DNA of 64,000 bases from an uncultured Nitrososphaeraceae archaeon (GTDB taxonomy: Archaea > Thermoproteota > Nitrososphaeria > Nitrososphaerales > Nitrososphaeraceae), in the NCBI GenBank assembly GCA_963837175.1, contig CAWIMJ010000046.1, positions 73,034 to 137,033 of the forward strand, in the 5' to 3' direction. How positions within the stretch are numbered: position 1 is the first letter of the stretch; every line of letters starts with the position of its first letter. Shown one piece after another: positions 56,072 to 64,000 of the stretch. A program made the translations under genes and the position numbers. Under the pieces are notes generated by a model. It worked only from the letters and a program-made list of their open reading frames with translations, was not told the DNA's origin and searched no databases.

Positions 56072-57256
56072 ATGAGAATTGACCTTCCAAGATATACAGA
56101 AAGATTCGGATCCATAAGTTTGCACGGAGTTCAACGCGTTTATGAATTAGATTCAGGATTTAGTAACGGTAGGCCAACCTCTGAAGCTATTCGACGTATA
56201 GGAAATGAAGAGATGTCAGAAATTGAGAAAAAAATGGCTATTGTCATACCTGTTAAAGGCGAGCGTTTGAAGTTACTTGAAGGAGTATTAAGTGGAGTCC
56301 CCCATGATTGCTTGACAATTATTGTATCCAATAGCCCAAGGCAACCTGTAGACAGATACAAGTTAGAAAAGGAGGCTCTTGAGCAATTTAATCGATTTGC
56401 AGAAAAAAATGCGTTGATAGTACATCAAAAGGATCCAGGACTATCAGATGCGCTGAGAGAGGTTGGCTATACCAGCATATTTGGTCCAGATGATACAGTT
56501 AGAAATGGTAAAGCCGAAGGAATGATAATTGGAATGCTCTTATCAAAGATGGCGGGAAAAGAATATGTTGGATTCATCGATGCAGACAACTATGTTCCTG
56601 GAGCTGTTAATGAATATGTAAAGATTTATGCTTCAGGAATCGCAATGTCAAATACACCATATACAATGGTTCGTGTATCTTGGATTTATAAACCAAAAAT
56701 ATCAGAAAGCGGTGTGTATTTTTCTAAATGGGGGAGAGTATCTGAAATAACAAATCAGTATCTTAATTCGCTGATATCCTATTACACTGGCTTTGAGACT
56801 GAAGTTATGCGTACGGGAAATTCAGGAGAGCATTGTATGTCAATGAAACTAGCAGAGCTTCTAACTTATTCATCGGGCTTTTCGGTAGAAACATATGAAA
56901 TTGTAAACTTACTGGAAGAATTTGGAGGAATTATGCCAACTGAAAATCAGGATGCCATGGACAAGGGAATTGAGGTAATGCAAGTAGAAACAAGAAATCC
57001 ACATTTTCATGAAGAGAAAGGCGATAGTCATTTAAAAGACATGATTGATGGATCGCTTGGTGGCATTTACCATAGCAAAATTTGCCACCCAAAACTAAAA
57101 GAGAAAATAATTGAAGAATTACATGGAAAAGGGGTCATAGAAGAAAATCAAGAGCCATCAGTATTACAAAAAATGAATCCCTTTAAAAATATAGATATGT
57201 TACAATTCGGGACAATTCTTCATAATAAAGCAACAAGTTTTGTTCATTCCTACTAA
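56072..57256 (+). CDS. mpgS: Mannosyl-3-phosphoglycerate synthase (GT55)
   Basis: RYTERFG..VYELDSG, LLEGVLSGVPHDCL, HQKDP, VRNGKAEGM, GFIDADNY.PG, WGRVSE, NSGEH, ETRNPHFHE.KG. Confidence 0.95.
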   Translation: MRIDLPRYTERFGSISLHGVQRVYELDSGFSNGRPTSEAIRRIGNEEMSEIEKKMAIVIPVKGERLKLLEGVLSGVPHDCLTIIVSNSPRQPVDRYKLEKEALEQFNRFAEKNALIVHQKDPGLSDALREVGYTSIFGPDDTVRNGKAEGMIIGMLLSKMAGKEYVGFIDADNYVPGAVNEYVKIYASGIAMSNTPYTMVRVSWIYKPKISESGVYFSKWGRVSEITNQYLNSLISYYTGFETEVMRTGNSGEHCMSMKLAELLTYSSGFSVETYEIVNLLEEFGGIMPTENQDAMDKGIEVMQVETRNPHFHEEKGDSHLKDMIDGSLGGIYHSKICHPKLKEKIIEELHGKGVIEENQEPSVLQKMNPFKNIDMLQFGTILHNKATSFVHSY

Positions 57257-58001
57257 CTAACTACATTAATGAATTAATAATAATAATATGAACTGAATAA
57301 ATAAGATTAAATGTTTGAAATAAGTATATTCAGAGTAAAATTTAATCATATTCTATAGCTTGTGTGAGTTATGAATAGCAATTCCAGATATTATCAAGCC
57401 TATGACTTTTTTGATGTCTAATAATAACACAATATATTTATGTGTAAAATTAATTCAAGATAATTGAATTTAACATTATGATATTATGACCGCAGTCAGC
57501 CAGCCACTACTATTTGATGTGCAAGCCTCTTCTACTATCAAACAGTCAATGAAAAATATAAAATCATAAAGTTTAATTTCTTTACTCCTGCTATTCAATT
57601 CTTTTGATATTATAATATTGTGAATGGTTAATAATAATATCAAGTCTGTTGTTCGTAGCCTTCCTCTCGTGACCTATTCAAAATCTTTTTCTTTTTGCGA
57701 TGGAAAGTTTCTTTTCATTTCTAAAACTTTTAACGTTACCATTAATTCATAACAATATACTATATCGACATATATCTATCGCCATTTTCTTGTCTTACCT
57801 TGCCTTTAACACTAGCTTCATCAATCATCTTCACGTCTAGTGTTATGTATTTAGAATATAGCAAGACAGATTACTGTATTGTTGTTGTTATAGTACGAGC
57901 TCTCTTATTCCCAGGATAACATAAATCTGACTACTGCAATTAAAATTGCTAATGCCTATGATTTGTTTTTGTTGTTATAGTAGTAGTCTCGTCGTCTTCG
58001 T

Positions 58002-58758
58002 CTATTGATTTGTTGTTGTTGACTGCACAGTAGAATTATTCGCTCCACTAGTTGAGTTTATAAATTCAAATGAATCAATCATTTTTTGTACAACTGGTAA
58101 ATAAGTGGAATATTTTGGTGCTTCTGCAACATATGTAAGTATATAGGCTTTATTGTCCTTTATCGCCCATACTTGCATTACCTGGAGTGGAACTTGTTGT
58201 AATATTTCACTATACACTATTTTATACGCTGGAATACCTGCAAGAACAGTTGGAGTAGACTCCTTAAGATCAAAATTTGTTCCTGATTGCGTTAAATCAC
58301 TAATTTGAAAAGTACTGTATGCATCCAACGTTATATTTTCTTCTGGAGGTAAATTCTCCATAGCTATATTGACAGTTTCTATAACTGGGTCTGAAACCCT
58401 GTCCCGTGGTGAGCGAAATGCAACGATATAATTGTAAACGTTGTCTTCAGAAGTTTGATTAGATAATGCTAGTTGCCATCCATATCCAGCAGGATATTGT
58501 ATTTTTATTCCATAAGTAGTATTTTCATATGTCAAGAAAGCATTTTGTTCTGTATTATTAGTAGCCTGGGAAGGTGCTGTTGTGTTTGTCTGTGCCATTG
58601 CTTGTTGATGCTGAGAAATATACAACATAGTAATGATCGAGAATGAGAAAGAAAATATCAGTAGTATAAACAGGATCGCAATACGAGATGACGATAGTGC
58701 TGATGATGATAATAATAAACTAACAAATCTTCTTCCTGGTTTTTGTTTTTTTGTACAT
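58002..58758 (-). CDS. Secreted PsbP-like domain protein (homopolymer indel near the start)
   Basis: FLTYENTTYGIKIQYP..W, LAGIPAYKIVY, AYILTY.A...Y..YLP.VQKMIDSF; the frame extends upstream through a hydrophobic signal segment to an A-run after the ATG at 58758. Confidence 0.8.
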
Positions 58759-59159
58759 ATATATATTAATAATTTATCCTTGTATCTAGATATTTAGAGT
58801 TTTCTATATAAGAATCTATAAAATCAATCTATGAATTATAAAGCAAAAAACACATAACATACTATAATAATATGAAAAAAGACAAAAGACAAATTTGAAT
58901 ATTTGAGTGTATAATCGACAAGAATTCTTTTTCTTTAAAATAAAATTGGCTAATTGCGTTATTAGTTAGCGCTACTATGATACGAATAATAAGGATTCCA
59001 CCTTAGAGAAATATCTCTTTATTATGTATTAACTGCATTATCAATATTAACTCTTCATAAATACACAAAAATTTATTTTACTTAACCAAGTTCGATTATT
59101 TTTCTTCAAATTCATTGAATGGTAGAAGTTATGTTATATGTGTATTTAGTTATCTTCTG

Positions 59160-59720
59160 TTATCGTCTACTATCCCCTATTGTTGTCGCCTTGGATTTTC
59201 TTCTATCTACTATGAATATTATACCTCCTGCAATAAGAACTATAATACCAATAACAACCGCGATAATACCACCCAATATTCCTTTTAATAAATTCAATCT
59301 GCTTTGATCATTTTCATCAATGATTGGAAGCTGTCCAACTACTGCATCGATAGTTACAGGTTCGGTTCCTAAATTAGTTATTTTAGATATATACTTACCA
59401 CTGATCTCTGGTTTGATTGTAGTAAGTAATCGTTCGCTGAATTTATTGCTAGATACAATTATTCCCTTAGGATCGTTGGTTTCGGCTCTCAGACTAACAT
59501 CGAATGGTTCAGATGATATAACCAGAGACAAGCTGCGTCCTGCTTTAACTGTCTCTCTGGATATATTTATGGACTGACCTGGTTGAATTGTACTGTTGCT
59601 CACAATTGTGTTTTCACTCAGAAATGGATCTACGTATGAATTAGAATATACTAGAAAAATAGCTATTCCAGCAATGAAAATGACAGCACCGGCAATTAGG
59701 ATAATATAACTGCGTTTCAT
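59160..59720 (-). CDS. Two-TM membrane protein with a GOLD-like extracellular beta domain
   Basis: N- and C-terminal TM helices; DP.G...., GKYISKITNLG strand pattern. Confidence 0.65.
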   Translation of the reverse strand: MKRSYIILIAGAVIFIAGIAIFLVYSNSYVDPFLSENTIVSNSTIQPGQSINISRETVKAGRSLSLVISSEPFDVSLRAETNDPKGIIVSSNKFSERLLTTIKPEISGKYISKITNLGTEPVTIDAVVGQLPIIDENDQSRLNLLKGILGGIIAVVIGIIVLIAGGIIFIVDRRKSKATTIGDSRR

Positions 59721-59974
59721 TATACTACTATAGTAAATATTATTTTCATTTAAGCATTATGAAATATAATAAATTATCTCTTTATATACACATACATACA
59801 CATATACATATATCTATATGATAGAATTCATTATTAGCCATTTAGTTTCTGACACTCATTGTAACAAGCTTTCAAACAATATTAGAATTCTATAGTCTAA
59901 CAGAATCAATTTATCATTATAAACAGTTATAGCATATTAAAATCTGACAATAGGTGCTTAATGTGTTTACTGAT

Positions 59975-61111
59975 ATGTCAACAACAAATATGACTATGAT
60001 ACCTATTAACAAGCCTTGGCTAGATGAAGAAGAACGACATGAAGTAATGAGCGTTTTAGATGAAAATGCTCTTACAACTGAGCCCACGATGGAGGAAGAG
60101 AATACGAGATTTTGAATCCCATTTAAGGGATTATCTGAGCGTAAAATATGTCATAGCTGTTAATTCAGGAACTGCCGCATTGCATGCGGCATTACTTCTG
60201 CAGGTGTGAAGCAAGGTGACGAGGTTTTGCTTCCATCATTTACGTTTGTTGCTACCGCCAACTCTGTAGTCGCAGCTGGTGCAAAGCCTATTTTTGTGGA
60301 TATTAACAGGAAAGATTATACTATTGATGTCTCTGATCTAAGGGCAAAAATTACAAAGAACTCCAAAGCAATTATACCAGTTCACCTTTATGGGCATGTT
60401 TCCGATATGGATGAAATTATTGAGCTTGCTGCCAAACATTCATTAGATATAATTGAGGATGCATGCCAATCGCTTGGCTCTACCTACAAGAAAAAACAGA
60501 CTGGAACCCTTGGATTAATGGGTTGCTTTAGCCTGTATGCCAGCAAAGTATTGACATCTGGAGAAGGTGGAGCAGTTGCAACTAATAATGATGACCTTGC
60601 AGACAAGCTAAAAATGATAAGAAACCATGGTATGGTTGAAGGTTATGATACAAGAATTTTTGGCCTTAACCTACGATTACCAGAGTTGAGTGCTGCCATT
60701 GCCAAGGTTCAAATGAAGAAGCTCACAAAGATGTTAGAATTAAGAAGACAAAATGCAGAATTATTGACAAAATCATTACTTCCCATGGCTGACAGAACCC
60801 AACTAAAACTTCCTCAAGAGGACGAAGAAAAGAAATTCAATTGGTATCTCTATACTGTAGCCTTTGAAAAGAATAACGTCAGAGATAAAATCAAAGACAA
60901 GATGATAAAAGACAAAATTGGTGCTACTGTATATTACAATCCTCCAGTCCACAAGACTCCGGATTATGAAAATATGATTTCATCAGAGGCAAATCTTCTT
61001 ATCAATACAAATTGGGCTAGCGAACATGTTCTATCACTTCCCGTTCATCCGCTGATAACAAAGATGGATATAGAGCGCATTGAAAATAGTCTTAAAAAAA
61101 ATATACTATGA
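59975..61111 (+). CDS. DegT/DnrJ/EryC1/StrS sugar aminotransferase (indels in the N-terminus)
   Basis: MIPINKPWLDEEE and AVNSGTAALHAAL upstream in shifted frames; FTFVATAN, PVHLYG, IEDACQSLG, FSLYASKVLTSGEGG, LSLPVHP. Confidence 0.92.
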
Positions 61112-61470
61112 GAATTTGTAATGGGATTATTGTGCTGATCAACATTGCTGCATATATTCTAATAGTTTTAAAAATATTTGATACATATAATGAAAGAGCC
61201 TGCAATAGACTGTATTATAAAAATATATAAATCATCAAAAGATTTGTAAATTAGTTAGAATTGTTTCCTTATAAAGAATTGTGAGTTGATTTCGTAATTG
61301 CTATGATAATTTGGATTCCAACAATTCTCGACCTTTTGCAAATTAAGGAAATAAAATATTCAGATTGCCATTTTTAGTTTAAAAAATGGAATGGGATTAA
61401 AGTTACTATAATATAGATTTTATTGTCGCTAATAAGTATTTATACCACAATTAGACTTTCAATAATGATA

Positions 61471-62480
61471 ATGAATACCACAGAACATTTACATATAACA
61501 AATTGACACCAATAATTGTAAGACCGTAGCATGTATTCCTGCTTTTAATGAAGAAACATGGATGAGCTCAAGTAATTAGAATAGCAAGAAGGTATGTAAA
61601 TGTGGTTATTGTGATTGATGATGGTTCAACTGATAAGACGGCAGAAGAGGCACAAAAGGCAGGAGGAAAAGTGATTAGTCATCCCATCAATTTAGGATAC
61701 GGAGCAGACCATAGTATCCTGCTTTTTAATCAGGTGTAGAGGTTGGAGCAGACATAATTGTAAGAACTCTTGATGCAGATCTTCAACACAATCCCCAGGA
61801 TATACCACTCCTTGTTAAACCAATTCTAGATGGAAGTGCAGATATAAGTGACTGGATCTCGTTTTGTTGAACAAAATGGAGAAAATAAGATACCTCATTA
61901 TAGGATTAGTTTGGTATCATTATTTTAACTAAAGTTACCAATTTTATTGGTCAGACAACTATCACGGATAGCCAAAGTGGTTTTCGGGCTTATTCTAAAT
62001 ATGCGCTAAAACTCTGGCATGTATGCCATTCTCTGCAGGAATGGGAGTATCTTGGCAAATGTTTAATAGAGGCTTTCAGAAGCGGACTTAGGGTTAAGGA
62101 GGTACATGTTAATATTTCATACAATACAGGCTTTAACACTTCTAGTGAAAATGCCTTATACCATGGAATAAGGGGTATTAACATCCATTATACAATATCT
62201 TATTACCAAACAACCAGTTGTTGTTAATTGGAATACCAGGTCTAGCAATATTATTGGTAGGGGTTGTGAGTTTGCTATTACTGATGGACATATACAACAA
62301 TACAAAAGTGATTGCCGTAGGTCTAGGTCTACTCACTGTTGCTACAAATACAATAGGTTTAATAATCCTCTAACTTCTATAATTCTATACGCTCTATCTA
62401 ACATCTCAAAAGAGGCATTATTGCAGAGTAAGCAAATGAATAATTTCAATCACTCCTATGGATGTTGGGACAAAAAAAAA
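61471..62480 (+). CDS. Family 2 glycosyltransferase (DPM1-like), with many indels
   Basis: Fragments ACIPAFNEE, VIDDGSTDKT, HPINLGYGA, TLDADLQHNPQDIP, GSRF, TDSQSGFRAY, plus C-terminal TM helices. Confidence 0.85.
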
Positions 62481-62775
62481 AGAATCCATTATACAATATC
62501 TTATTACCAGACGACCGTTGTTGTTAATTCAGATACCAGGTCTAGCAATATTATTGGTAGGGGTTGTGAGTTTGCTATTACTGATGGACATATACAACAA
62601 TACAAAAGTGATTGCCGTAGGTCTAGGTCTACCTCACTGTTGCTACAAATACAATAGGTTTAATCATCCTTCTAACTTCTATAATTCTATACGCTCTATC
62701 TAACATCTCAAAAAAGGCATTATTGCAGAGTAAGCAAATGAATAATTTCAATCACTCTATGGATGTTGGGACAAA
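62183..62775 (+). repeat. Tandem near-identical ~292-bp duplication of the GT2 3' end
   Basis: Copy 1 62183-62474 and copy 2 62484-62775 (atccattatacaatatc...ggatgttgggacaaa), joined by an A-run. Confidence 0.9.
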
Positions 62776-62819
62776 CCATGAAGGTTCTGATAACTGATCT
62801 ACTGGTTCCTATCAACCTT

Positions 62820-63832
62820 ATGTCATTTGCACATAAAGTGTTAGTCACCGGTGGTGCCGGCTTTATAGGCCACCATCTAGTAAAAAGGTTATATAATCTC
62901 AAAGAAACTACAAAATTATTGTTATCGATAATTTAAGCAATAGTAACAAGAATTTCCTTGATGGTAGTAATAATAGATTGTCATCTAACAAGTTTTCATT
63001 TTATAAAGAAGATATAAGAAATAAAAAGAATATTTTAGATATTTTCAATCATGAAAGAATAATAGATACTTGTATCCATCTAGCCGAAAAGATTAACGTC
63101 CATGATTCAATTACAAATCCTGAGGATACTATAGAGGTAAATGTCAAAGGAACGCTTAATGTATTGGAAGCATGCTCAAGCAGTGGAGTAAAAAATTTTA
63201 TTTTTGGATCTTCTGTTCCAGTATACGGTGAACCTAAAAAACTACCTTTGTCTGAAGATGATCATATTCTGAGAGAACCATTATCACCATATGGTGCTAG
63301 CAAGGTAGCTGGAGAAGCACTTGTATCGTCATATAGAAGATCCAAAAAAATTAAAAATGCTATCGCACTTCGATTTTTCAATGTTTATGGAGAAGGTCAG
63401 AATATTGAGTATGCTGGTGTAATAACAAGGTTTGCTGAACAGTTATCTAGAGGATTACGACCAATAATTTATGGTGATGGAAAGCAGACAAGAGACTTTG
63501 TGTCTGTAAATGATGTAGTCAATGCTATATTCTTGGCAGTAACAGAAGCAGATAAAATAAAAACATCATCATCAGATGTATTTAATATAGGAACAGGTAT
63601 ACCTATCAGTATAAATGATCTTGCTCAAAGAATGATCAGAATTTTTGGCATTGATTTGGAACCTATTTACTATGGGGCAAAAGAAGGAGATATCAAATAC
63701 ACCTATGCAGATACAAGAAAATCTAAGAATATTTTAAAATTTATTGCGATTGAGGAACTTGAACCATGTTTGAAACAAATGGTTATAAAACTATCATTTT
63801 TACAAAATAAAGAAACAGACTCAAATTACTGA
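62820..63832 (+). CDS. NAD-dependent epimerase/dehydratase (GalE-like extended SDR), indel near 62905
   Basis: MSFAHKVLVTGGAGFIGHHL upstream in another frame; NVKGTLNVL, YGASK, LRFFNVYG, YGDGKQTRDFV, VFNIGTG. Confidence 0.92.
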
Positions 63833-64000
63833 CAATATAAAGAGAAACAAAATCATATGATAATATTATATTTTTATTTCAACACCAATTATGACTACAA
63901 AGCATTATTTGATACTACCATCTGTCTTGGAATTGAGGACGAGACTTTTAAATGAAAGTTCTTGCTCTTATATAAAAGAGGAAGAGGAGGAGTAAGGCTT

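Noticed and set aside
1-64000. CRISPR array, cas genes, integrase, rRNA
   Set aside because: No regularly spaced 25-40 bp repeats, no cas or integrase motifs in the ORF track, and no long GC-rich RNA-like tract seen by eye.

Overview
AT-rich archaeal window whose gene content and order point to an ammonia-oxidising archaeon (Nitrososphaerota, probably Nitrososphaeraceae); this is inferred from protein families, not from a marker search. Most of it is core housekeeping: sat/cysH, tmk-HD-pyrH, thrC with a ubiquitin-like/E1 fusion, tgtA-Lsm-AK6, leuCD, psmB, thyX, amt, the rpoD-L18e-L13-S9 and SBDS-exosome-L37ae-Pcc1-prefoldin-XPF-PurP blocks, mqnD, EF-2, mpgS and the start of a glycan cluster. 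These are interrupted by decayed accessory stretches (about 13.9-20.4 kb and 28.6-30.4 kb) and two IS6-family relics. Many conserved genes, several of them essential, carry 1-bp indels, and most of those I could reconstruct sit at GCAGC/GCTGC (GCWGC). That looks like long-read basecalling error at a methylated motif rather than real pseudogenisation. The best biological leads are (i) a SelD-like protein with an apparently degenerate active site, divergent from cysH-sat; (ii) a BMP-family binding protein with no transporter, running directly into a Cache-type histidine kinase (Med-KinD-like); and (iii) a Ubl-E1 fusion with a blocked GG, co-oriented with a ThrC-family enzyme. I found no rRNA, tRNA or CRISPR array by eye.
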